Shown here in pieces: positions 10,090 through 20,417 of a stretch of 33,169 bases of DNA (positions are counted from its first letter, which is position 1; every line of letters begins with the position of its first letter). The stretch lies in assembly GCA_038087875.1 (NCBI GenBank), contig JAXLNO010000343.1:1-33169 (forward strand), written 5' to 3'. The position numbers were made by a program, and so were the translations under genes. The notes beneath the pieces are model-generated. The model did not search any database and had not been told where the DNA came from. It worked only from the letters and a program-made list of their open reading frames with translations. This DNA comes from Malacoraja senta. Lineage: Eukaryota.

Positions 10090-10735
10090 TTGGTTAGGCA
10101 GCATTTGGTGTACTGTGTGCAGTTCTGGTTGGCCCCTATTCATTACAGGAGGATGTGGAGGCTTTGGGGAGGGTGCAGAAACAGTTTACCAGAATGATGT
10201 GGAGGAAGGAACTGCAGATGCTGGTTTACACTGAAGATAGACACAAATGCTGGAGTAACTCAGCGGGACAGGCAGCATCCCTGCAGAGAACCCACTCCTT
10301 CTATACAGAGATGCTGCCTGTCCCGCTGAGTTACTCCAGCATTTTGTGTTTATCTTCACCAGAGTGATGCCTAGATTAGAGGGTTTAGCTACAGGGAGAG
10401 GTTGGACAGACTTGGATTGCTTTCTCAGGATTGACGGACTCCGAGGGGCGAGCTGATAGAAGTAAATAAAATTACCAGAGCCATAGATATTTTAGACAGT
10501 CCCAGGTTAGAAATATCAAAGACCAGAGCGCATAGCTTTGTGAGAGGGGTAATGTTAAAGGAGATGTGCAGGGCAGGTTTTTTACACAGAGGGTGGTGGG
10601 TGCCTGGAATCCGTGCCAGGAATGGTGGTGGAGGCAGATAAGAAAGTGGTATTTAAGAGGCTTTTAGATATGCATATGGATTTACGGAGAATGGAAAGGT
10701 ATGGATCACTAGAGAATAGTCTGTCTTAGGCTAGT
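10090..10735 (+). mobile_element. Degenerate CR1 RT C-terminus plus 3' end
   Basis: HLVYCVQFW...DVEALGRVQKQFTRMM, then GGCAGGTTTTTTACACAGAGGGTGGTGGGTGCCTGGAA (FFTQRVVGAWN). Frameshifted and split by a PLE insertion. Confidence 0.85.
10200..10354. mobile_element. Fold-back PLE terminal-repeat insertion within CR1
   Basis: Inverted arms AATGCTGGAGTAACTCAGCGGGACAGGCAGCATC / GATGCTGCCTGTCCCGCTGAGTTACTCCAGCATT. 15-bp TSD with 2 mismatches at 10185-10199 and 10355-10369. Confidence 0.85.
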
Positions 10736-11060
10736 TTCACTGTCATCCTGCTGAGTTTCGCAGTTTGCATCACTCATTATCACCTTCCCCACAGCCAACA
10801 ATGGACCATTGTGGGCTCCACCTTTCCTTGATCACCGTTGCTGGCTTTGATCTGTCTTTTTGCGTGCCTTTCATTATTTGTTCTACGCGCCCTTTCATGT
10901 CTCTCGGTTCTCTCTCCACTGACTCTCAGTCTGGAGAAGGGTCTCGACCCGAAACGTCACCCATTCCTTTTCTCCAGAGATGCTGCCTGACCCACTGAGT
11001 TACTCCAGCTTTCTGTGTCTACCTTCAGTGTAAACCGGCATCCGCAGTTCCTTCCTACAC
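10735..11060 (+). mobile_element. PLE 3' UTR plus terminal repeat
   Basis: CAGCCAACAATGG... then CTCTCAGTCTGGAGAAGGGTCTCGACCCGAAACGTCACC...CAGTTCCTTCCTACAC. Confidence 0.75.
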
Positions 11061-11244
11061 ATATTGTCTTAGAATCCTGTTGGGCACAGAGATTGTGGGC
11101 CGAAGGGCCTGTTCCTGTGCTGTACTGTTCTATGTTCTGTGTTCTGAAGTTGTGGGCTCAAGCCCCCATCCTGGAGTATGGAACGCCACACAACTACCTT
11201 ATTGTACTGGACAGTCAGTTGATGCAGTGCAGCAATGTTATGGA

Positions 11245-11745
11245 GTATAGAGTCATGGAGTCAGACAGTGTGAAAGCAAGCCATGAAACCCAATTTTCCC
11301 AAACCGACTAACATGCCCCATCTACACTAGTCCCACCTGCCCGTAGTTGGCCCATATCCCTCTAAACATATCCCATCCCATTATTCCCTTTATCCTATAT
11401 CTGTCCACTGCGGATGGCTTAATTGTAACCATGTATATAGTCTTTCCACTGACCGGATAGCACACATCAAAAAGCTTTTCACTGTAACTCATAAACTAAA
11501 CTAAACTAAACTAATGTACCAGTCCAAAAGTCACTTAATCATTATGATAGTACCTGACTCAACTACCTCCTCTGGCAGCTCGTTCCATGCACCCTTTGTG
11601 TAAAAAGGTTACACCTCAGGTACCCTTTAAATCTTGCCACCCCCCCCCATCCCCCACCACCACCCACCTTAAACCTATGTCCTCTGGTTCCCGATTCCCC
11701 AACTCTGAGCATTTACCTTATCTATTCATCTCACGATCTTGTATG
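11245..11745 (-). mobile_element. CR1 3' region with a nested LINE 3'-UTR fragment (11380-11512, +)
   Basis: Similar to 29320-29680 and to the reverse complement of 21945-22216. The nested piece is the reverse complement of 3075-3365 and ends (AAACT)n. Confidence 0.75.
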
Positions 11746-12414
11746 CTGTAGGCAGTGTCTTTGGATGCACTTTGCTACTTGAAGTCCTGTGTGCCCGCCA
11801 GGTGGTTATACAGAAGCCCATGCATCGTTTAGGATGAAGAGTGGGACCTGCAGAAGTCAACAGCACTGAAATATGTGATCTTACAAAGTTCATAAGATTT
11901 AGGTGCAGAGTGCAGAATTAGGCCATTCGGCCCATCGAGTCTACTCCACCATTCAATCATGGCTGATCTATCTTTCCCTCTCAAACCCATTCTCCTGCCT
12001 TCTCCCCACAACCCCTGGCACCCTTACTAATCAAGAATCTGTCAATCACCGCCTTAAAAATATCCATTGACTTGGCCTCCACAGCCGTCTGTGGCAATGA
12101 ATTCCACAGATTCGCCATTCTCTGACTAAAGAAATTCCTCCTCATCTCCTTTCTAAAGGTAAGTTTAGTTGCTGCCTTTCCTGCAACAATAATAGCAGGT
12201 CAAAAATACCTAAGCACCTTGGGCGAACCTGAAGCTTTGAAATTTTATTTTTTTCCCCCCTAATATTCTTATTCAGAATTTTAAAAAATGAATACAAAAC
12301 CAAAAAACTGTGCAAATATTCCTCGGGCATTCTCAGCAACTATACATTCATTAGTGTCATAGTTAGTCGTGTTCGCAGCTATGTTTGAACAATACAAAAC
12401 ACCTTTGCCACTCA

Positions 12415-12958
12415 GTGAGACCACACCTGGAGTATTGTGTGCAGTTTTGGTCTCCCAATTTGAGGAAGGACATTCTTGCTATTGAGGGAGTGCAGCGTAG
12501 GTTCACCAGGTTAATTCCTGGATGGCGGGACTGTCATATGTTGATCGAATGGAGCAGCTGGGCTTGTATACTCTGGGAATTTAGAAGGATGAGAGGGAAT
12601 CTTACCTAAACATATAAGATTATTCAGGGTTTGGACACGCTAGAGGCGGAAACATGTTCCCGATGTTGGGGGAGTCCAGAATCAGGGGCCACAGTTTAAG
12701 AATAAGGAGTAAGGAGGAAAACGTTTTCACACAGAGAGTTCTCTGCATCAGAGGGCGGAGGAGGCCGGTTCTCTGGATGCTTCCAAGGGAGAGCTAGACA
12801 GAGCTCTTAAAGATAGCGGAGTCAGGGGATATGGGGAGAAGGCAGGAACGGGGGTACTGATTGGGGATGATCAGCCATGATCACATTGAATGGCGGTGCT
12901 GGATCGAAGGGCCGAATGGCCTACTCCTGCACATATTGTCTATTGTCTATTGTCTATT
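12415..12958 (+). mobile_element. CR1 RT C-terminus plus 3' tail, frameshifted
   Basis: VRPHLEYCVQFWSPNLRKDILAIEGVQRRFTRLIPG, nearly identical to the 23912-24646 ORF. Tail (TATTGTC)n. Confidence 0.92.
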
Positions 12959-12961
12959 GCA

Positions 12962-13189
12962 TGGACACAAAATGCTGGAGTAACACAGCGGGACAGCAAC
13001 TCTGGAGAAAAGGCATAGGTTACGTTTCGGGTCGAGACCCATCTTCAGGCCATTCTGGAGTCTGATGAAGGGTCTCAACCCGAAACGTCACCCATTCCTT
13101 CTCCCCAGAGATGCTGCCTGACCCACAGAGTTACTCCAGCTTTTTGTATCTACCTTTGATGTAAACCAGCATCCGCGGTTCCTACCTAT
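12962..13189. mobile_element. Head-to-head inverted pair of PLE terminal repeats
   Basis: Minus copy 12962-13048 and plus copy 13060-13189, each beginning at the hammerhead-like motif. Confidence 0.8.
13062..13089 (+). ncRNA. Minimal hammerhead ribozyme-like motif (canonical CUGAUGA)
   Basis: CTGATGA-A-GGGT(CTCA)ACCC-GAAAC-GTC. Confidence 0.62.
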
Positions 13190-13457
13190 ACCTTTGCCAC
13201 TCATATATATGGTCCCCTGGCGTGATATCCCTTCTCTTGTTTGAGGGGTGTCCCCACCGACTGTGACCCTCCCCCCCCTCCTAATGTCCAGCAGCGGTAT
13301 GTCCCGTGGTGGTGGCCCTCCCACAGTGGAAAGGACTGGAGAGCAGCAAGTATTTATTTCACAGTAGAAAATGGCGCACCTTCCAAGACGTGGGAGTGTT
13401 TGAGACTGGCAATGGGAGCATGAACAGGGAGGTGTTCCATTTCTCAGCATTCCTCAC

Positions 13458-13705
13458 CTGGATAAGTGCATTGCTCCCGCAGTCTGTCACAGAAACAATG
13501 CTGCCCTGGCTGTTCTTTGGCCTTCGGCCAGAAATGTACAAGCAGGTGGTAAACACTTGCAAACAGAGCGAGGAATGTGGCCCTTAGATCCGCGACTTCA
13601 GCGGTGGAACTAAATATCTGAGTGGGCTGGAGACCCAGCTCTATCTCCTGGGATCCAGCCTGTCCACCACAATGCAACGTCTTATTGATTCTTTACAACT
13701 GTATC
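13458..13705 (-). other. Candidate spliced exon, probably non-coding or UTR
   Basis: Minus strand acceptor CTTATTTTTGTAG|G at 13705 and donor CAG|GTGAGG at 13458. Unique sequence. All three frames contain a stop near the 5' end. Confidence 0.3.
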
Positions 13706-13754
13706 CTACAAAAATAAGACCACCTCTCTCTTCACCACTGCCCCATGATTCATT

Positions 13755-14116
13755 ACACACACACACACACACACACGCAAAAACATACACACATACCCAC
13801 ACGCGCACATGCACACAGACACACACACATGCACAAACACACACACAAACACATGTACACACACATATACAAACACATGCACACAGACACACACACACAA
13901 ACTCATGCACAAACACACATACAAACACATGCATACACACACTTGCCCACACATAACACACACAAACATATGCACAAACACATACACACGCACATGCACA
14001 CAGACAATTGTGCACACATGCACATGTCCACACACAAACACACACTCTCATACACACACACGTCCACACACACACACACAACCCCCCACACACACCCACC
14101 CACACAAACACACACG

Positions 14117-14186
<70 letters not shown>

Positions 14187-14205
14187 TGCACACACGCACA
14201 TGCAC
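13755..14205. repeat. Degenerate (CA)n satellite
   Basis: Direct reading; partly duplicated at 14950-15220. Confidence 0.95.
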
Positions 14206-14898
14206 AGATGACCTGACGTCCACGACCAACACCACAGCACTGGTCAAGGGAGCCCAGCAGCGACTACACCCTCTCCGAAGACTACGTAAAGCAGGTCTCC
14301 CCCACTACACACCTACGAACTTTTTATAGGGGGACAATCGAGAGCTCATTAACCTACGGCATCACTTCCTGGTTCAGGAGCTGCAAGGTGTACGAACGGC
14401 ACCAACTAGAACAGGATTGTGAAGACCGCCAGCAGGATTATTGGTGCTCCACTCCCTTTCCTGCTGGACATATACAGGAAGAGATGTATCAGCAGAGCCA
14501 TCTCCATCATCAAAGACCCCTACCACCCATCCCATCACATATTCTCCATCCTGCCATCTGGGAAGAGGTACCGGAGCATTAGGTGCAAAACCAGCAGGAT
14601 GCTCCTCAGCTTCTTCCCGCAGGTTATAAGACTGATAAACGGACTTTGTCCCCTGCCAAAGTATCGTGCACCAACCACCAACCTGGACACACTGCAGCAG
14701 AGCCACTGTCGTGCCGCTGCCGATCGGAACGCCTGTTGATGTTTAGTAGAGTAGAGTGTTAATTTGTTCATGATATTTGTATTTTTACTTCTATTTATTT
14801 TTTACTGCACACTGAAATGGACACTGGTTGAGGAACGTTTTTTGTTTCCTCTGGGTATGCGAATTACTCAGGAAAAGACAATAAAGATATACAATAAA
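14206..14898 (+). mobile_element. Rex1/Babar-like LINE, 5'-truncated RT C-terminus plus 3' UTR
   Basis: DDLTSTTNTTALVKGAQQRLHPLRRLRKAGL / FYRGTIESSLTYGITSWF / KTASRIIGAPLPFLLDIYRKRCISRAISIIKDPYHPSHHIFSILPSGKRYRSIRCKTSRMLLSFFPQVIRLIN across frameshifts. AATAAA followed by an ATACA-type tail. Confidence 0.88.
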
Positions 14899-15460
14899 AT
14901 ACACACATATACAAACACATGCATACACACACACACACACACACACACACATGCACAAACACACATACAAACACATGCACACAGACACACACACAAACTC
15001 ATGCACAAACACACAAACACATGCATACACACACTTGCCCACACATAACACACACAAACATATGCACAAACACATACACACGCACATGCACACAGACAAT
15101 TGTGCACACATGCACACGTCCACACACAAACACACACTCTCATACACACACACGTCCACACACACACACACAACCCCCCACACACACCCACCCACACAAA
15201 CACACACGCCCACACACACACACACGCCCACACACACACACACCCACACAAACACACACACACACATACACACACACACACATGCCCACACACACACACA
15301 CGTCCACACACACACACAACCCCCCACACACACACACCCACACAAACACACACCCACACACAAACACACACCCCCACCCCCACACACAAACACACACAGA
15401 TACCCACACACACAAACGTACACACACACGTACACACACCATAAAAAACACACACGCACA
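14899..15460. repeat. Degenerate (CA)n satellite
   Basis: Direct reading. Confidence 0.95.
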
Positions 15461-15857
15461 CTTATTTGTGTGTTTTAAATAGTGAGGTTTTGGTGTTACC
15501 AAGGATTGCAGTGAAAGTTGTTTTTTACTTGTTATACTGGGCCCCAACTGTGCAACCTCTTTGAACCTGTAAAATGAACCAGTATGAATGCAAGTAAGAT
15601 TACACCAGAGCAACTCATCTGGACGGTTTAACAATCCCCAGCTTCCTTTAATGATCTGACAACGCACAAAACAATCTGACATCAACACGAGAAGGGGAAC
15701 AATACGTGACTTTGCAACCGATGGCAGCTCCCAGCACCGTTTGTCAACGCGCGGCCCTTATTTCACTCGGAGAGCCGGGGCAGGAGATCAGAGTGCCGCT
15801 GGGTGCCTTGAAACAGTCAGAAACCCACGGCTGTCCTGACCATTGCCATTCAACTCC

Positions 15858-16436
15858 ACCTGAACCCTTCCAACTTCACCTACTGTACCCGCTGTTCCAG
15901 GTGTGGACTCCTACTGTATATATCGGCGCCACCAAGAACAGGGCTCAGCGATCGTTTCGCTGAACACCTCGGCTCAATCCGCCTAGTCCCACCTGGTCTA
16001 TCGGTTGCTCAACACTTTAACTCCCCCTCCCATTCCCACACTGACCTTTCTGTCCTGGGCCTCCTCCACTGTCAGAGTGAGGCCCAGTGCAAATTGGAGG
16101 AACAGCACCTCATATTTGGCTTGGGCAGCTTACACCCCAGCGGTATGAACATTGACTTCTCCAACTTCAAGTAGCCCTTGCTTTCCCTCTCTCTCCATCC
16201 CCTCCCGCACCCTAGTTCTCCCACCAGTCTGGCTGACCCTCTGATTAAATTTATGCTTCGTTGTCACCTTCCACTAGCTAACAATGATCTATTTGATGTC
16301 TCATTTTCACACCTTACCCTTCCTTATCTCCGTGTCTCCCTCTCCCCTGAAGGAGGGTCTCCACCCGAAACGTTGCCCATTCCTTCGCTCCAGAGATGCT
16401 GCCTGAATTACTCCAGCATTATTGTGCCTATCTTCG
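15858..16436 (+). mobile_element. Penelope-like retroelement 3' end: GIY-YIG endonuclease remnant, 3' UTR, hammerhead-bearing terminal repeat
   Basis: Frameshifted YCTRCSRCGLL / YIGATK, then open 15944-16174: LSDRFAEHLGSIRLVPPGLSVAQHFNSPSHSHTDLSVLGLLHCQSEAQCKLEEQHLIFGLGSLHPSGMNIDFSNFK*. This has CxxC, two conserved His, the catalytic E and GMN. Degenerate hammerhead-like motif at 16347-16374. Confidence 0.9.
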
Positions 16437-16619
16437 CCTGAACCTAATGTTACTCTCAGAAACAGGGGAGGCAGTCACACCTGCAACTTGCCATCCGCGG
16501 AAGCCCTCTGTAAACTTGGCTTTTAACCAAAGAGGCAAAGAAATATAAATATATATATATATATAAATTACATCGCCGAGCCCAATATATATTTTGCTTT
16601 GATGTTGGTCACTTTTGAG

Positions 16620-17400
16620 AAAGGGGTTACATTAACTTTCCTGAGTGAAATCTTGATAATGTCGTCTGTTTTGTAATCTGTGATGAATGCTTGGTTCAGT
16701 GTTGCGTTTGACTGAATATTGCCTGATACCTAACCGTGCCACGTTGAGCTGCGTGTCGCGGCAACACATGGGATGAAATATGACAGGTCCCGTCCCCCCA
16801 CCCCCACTAAAAGAAACGACAAAACTAAATAATTCACAATTAATAAATCAGATGGGAATTAACCAGAGTCTGGTTGAGACGCACAACAAACACGTTCTCT
16901 TTCAAACGGCAACGTGTGAGCAACTCTTGTTTACGGAGATTGCCGGTGAAAATAGAGAGACATGCTTCTGTTAAAGTCTGATGGATGTGAATGTGATGCG
17001 GGTTTTAAATGGGTTTCTGTCTTCAGGTAACATCAAAGGGTTAGCGTGTTCCCAAGAGAGCGGGTGATGCATTCTCACCCTAATGGCATCTGTACCTGCC
17101 ATTGTTTATAATCTAATTTATCAATTCTTCAGACACACGCTGTCAAACGCGCCTCGATGTTGATTAGATTACAGGGCGCGGATAAAGGGGCCCTCTGATT
17201 GAGATCTGACTGTGTAACACGTCTGATGTACACGCCGTTTAATTTAGTCTTCCAACGACTGCTGTGAAGTCAAGTTAATCACAGTGTTAAGGGAAAAGCT
17301 ATTTGCAATACAAATAACCCAATACATGACGTTATTTGTCAAGGTAGACTTGGTTGTTATTGGATCCGCAGATTTGGGACCGTTTAGCAGGACATTCTAA
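16620..17400. promoter_or_regulatory. TE-free island, candidate conserved non-coding element or enhancer
   Basis: About 0.8-0.95 kb without repeats in an otherwise TE-saturated window. Rich in TAAT/ATTA, TGACA/TGTCA, CAGATG/CATCTG and retained CpGs. No ORF. Confidence 0.4.
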
Positions 17401-17414
17401 TACTTAGAGAAGAT

Positions 17415-18052
17415 AAGACACAAAATGCTGGAGTAACTCAGCGAGCGGGTCAGGCAGCATCTATGGAGAAAAGGGTATAGGCGACGTTCCGGGTCGAGAC
17501 CCTTCTTCAGACTGAGGGTCAGGGGAAGGGGAAAGGGAAAGGAGAGATATAGATGGTGGTGTAAAGGGATATAGAACTAATGAATGGAGACTAAAATGCC
17601 GGAGAAACTCAGCGGGTGAGGCAGCATCTATGGAGCGAAGGAATAGGTGACGTTTCAGGTCGAGACCCTTCTTCAGACGTTTCAGGGTCTCGACCCGAAA
17701 CTTCATCCATTCACTTCGCTCCATAGACGCCGCCTCGCCCGCTGAGTTCCTCCAGCATTTTTGTCTACCTTCGATTATTCCAGCATCTGCAGTTCGTTCT
17801 TCAACATTGTTAGAAGTAGTGAATGAAAGGTGTGCAGAAAAAAGTAACGTTGATCAAGGAAACAGGCCATTGTTAGCTGTTAGGTGAGAACCAGCACAGA
17901 CAATGAGACTCAACAAGTCGGCTTTGAAGCTGGTGCGACTTGGGTGGGGGAGGGATGGAGAGAGAGGGGATGCAAGGGGTTACTTGAAGCTAGAGAAATC
18001 AATATATTCATACCATTGGGTTTGTAAGCTGCCCAAGCGAAATAAGAAATAC
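17415..18052 (-). mobile_element. Second PLE 3' end with a nested fold-back insertion (17587-17810)
   Basis: The minus strand at 18045-17980 reads LFRLGSLQ..NGMNI..DFSSFK* (frameshifted GIY-YIG C-terminus), then 3' UTR and the motif at 17483-17510. The nested inverted pair has TSD 17572-17586 / 17811-17825 (2 mismatches). Confidence 0.85.
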
Positions 18053-19199
18053 TGGAGACAGAGATATGGAGGGTATGGTGTAAAAACACAGGTCAAATGG
18101 GGGGGGGGGGGGGGGAGGGAGCATTTCACACCTTACCCTTCCATATCTCTGTGTCTTCTTCTACCTCTCCCCTGACTCTCAAAGATGCTTCCTTTCCTGC
18201 TGAGTTACTCCAGCATTTTGTGTCTACCTTCGGTGTAAACCAGCATCTGCAGTTCCTTCCTACACTCATTTTATGTACTCATTTTATCTAATTCCTACTC
18301 AATGTTATCCTTGTATTCTTTGTCGTCACCTTCTAGCTAACAATGATCTATTCTACATTTTCGTGATCTGCATCTCCTTTGATGTCTCGTTTTCACACCT
18401 TACCGTTCCTTATCTATGTGCCTCCCTCTCCCCTGACTTTGTCTGAAGAAGGAATAGGTGACGTTTCGGGTCGAGACCCTTCTCCGGACAGAGTCTGGGG
18501 AGAGGGAAACAAAAGGTATTTTGATGGTGTATTCAGTAATTGGATCAAGGCATTGGAGATAGGCCAAATTTCCAGAACAGGAGCCTTGACCCGAAATGTC
18601 ACCTACACCTTTTCTCCAGAGATGTTGCCTGACCCGCTGTTACTCCAGCTTTTTGTGTCTATCTTTGATTTTATTTAATTAAAGGACGTTCCTTTAAGAA
18701 GGAGATGAGAAGGTATTTCTTTCGTCAGAAGGTGGTGAATCTGTGGAATTCTTTGCCACAGGAGGCTGTGGAGGCCAAGTCAATGGATATTTTTAAGGCA
18801 GAGATAGATAGATTCTTGATTAGTGCAGGTGTCAGGGGTTACGGGGAGAAGGCAGGAGAATGAATGGGGTTAGCAGGGAGAGATAGATCAGCCATGATTG
18901 AATGGCAGAGTAGACTTGATGGGCCGAATGGCCTAATTCTGCTTCTATCACTTATGGTCAATGGTCTGGCATCCATTCGGTGATGTCCCATTGTAAGACT
19001 TAAAACAAAGAGGACAAAAACGAAACCAGTCAGAGACAGGGCAACGCAAAGCAACACACAAAAAATGCTGGAGAAACTCAGCGGGTGCAGCAGCATCTAT
19101 GGAGCGAAGGAAACAGGGAACGTTTCGGGCCGAAACCCTTCTTCAGACTGATAGGGGGTCCAAGCAACATTCTGGCCCCATTAGATCGGAAGCATCGTT

Positions 19200-19620
19200 T
19201 GGTTTAGCTTTAGTTTAGAAATACAGCGTGGAAACAGGCCCTTCGGCCCAACGAGTCCAAGTCGACCCGTACACTAATTCCATCTTACACACTAGCGACA
19301 ATTTACAGAAGACAACTAACCTACAAACCTAGGGTAGACACAAAAAGCTGGAGAAACTCAGCGGGTCAGGCAGCATCTGTGGAGAAAAATGATGGGTGAC
19401 GTTTCGGGTCGAGACCCTTCTTCAGACTGAGAGTCAGGGGAACGGGAAACATACAAAGCTACACGTCTTTGTGGGGGGGGGGGTAGGGAACCGGAGCACC
19501 CGGAGAACACCCGCGCGGTCACAGGGGCAACTTACAAACTCATGTACAGACAGCAGCCGTGGTCAGGATCGAACCCGGGGCTCTGGCGCTGTAAGGCAGT
19601 AACTCTACCGCTTCGCCGCC
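19200..19620 (-). mobile_element. HE1-type tRNA-derived V-SINE interrupted by a PLE terminal repeat (about 19333-19450)
   Basis: Minus-strand B-box GGTTCGATCC 19566-19575, central domain similar to 22870-22940, and tail GGGCCGAAGGGCCTGTTTCCACGCTGTATTTCTAAACTAAA. Confidence 0.85.
19398..19425 (-). ncRNA. Minimal hammerhead ribozyme-like motif
   Basis: Minus strand CTGAAGAAGGGTCTCGACCCGAAACGTC, identical to 4854-4881. Confidence 0.6.
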
Positions 19621-20417
19621 TGTGTTATTGATATTTTTGCACTAGACAGTCTCTCTCCTCTTCTCGTCGGGAGGAGTTGCATCTCTCTCCAATTCAGGGG
19701 TCGGTGCCAGGTCTGGGCTAATTAATTAAGCAGGGTGGGAGTGAGACAACACTCACTCGATCACCGGTAGATACTGCGCCTTCTTAATGAACTTTCCCCC
19801 GCACAGTCAGACTGCGAGAGAAAAAAAACGCTGGCGAATTTGGAAGCGACCCAAAACAGGAATAATTTATATAAAACAGATGCTCCGGAGTGAGTTAATA
19901 GGCTTTGGCGCAATCTGGGTGAGCAATTGATATCTTTCTTGTGGTTCGTGGCTCCTTCAGTTGAGCTACAATGCACAATGGAGCGCGTTGACACCACAGG
20001 CATCTGTTTTTGTGCAACTCAACCAGCCTTTCAGTCGAAAACCCGCTCACGGCCCATTGTGTGCGTGGACAGAACATGGACAACCCAGCAAATGCTGGAG
20101 GAACTCGGCGGGAACAGGCAGCGTCTCTGGTTGAAATGGGATGGGTGACGTTTCGGGTCGAGACCCATCTTCGAAACACAGAGACGTCGAAAAGAGGTGC
20201 AGGAGTAGGCCATTCGGCCCTTCGAGCCAGCACCGCCATTCAGTGTGATCATGGCTGATCATCCAACATCAGTACCCCGTTCCTGCCTTCTCCCCATATC
20301 CCTTGAATCCGTTAGCCCTTCCAGCTATATCTAACGCTCTTCAGAGGGGGAGTCGGGAGAGAGGGAGACAAAGAGATATGGTGTCAAAACGAGAGATCAA
20401 AGGAGGAACTGGGATCA

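Noticed and set aside
13306..13587. 93-aa plus-strand ORF in unique sequence
   Set aside because: GTG start, no recognisable domain, and no convincing exon structure in that frame.
14206..14650. Similarity to the so-called ALKBH8 N-terminal/DUF1891-type peptide (KAQQRL..LRRL)
   Set aside because: This peptide is the C-terminal part of Rex1/Babar-type RT ORFs. Here it is frameshifted and followed by a LINE tail, so it is not a host gene.
13641..15688. His/Thr-rich and Cys/Val-rich ORFs on both strands
   Set aside because: Translations of CA-rich satellite. Only the part from 14206 is real LINE-derived coding sequence.
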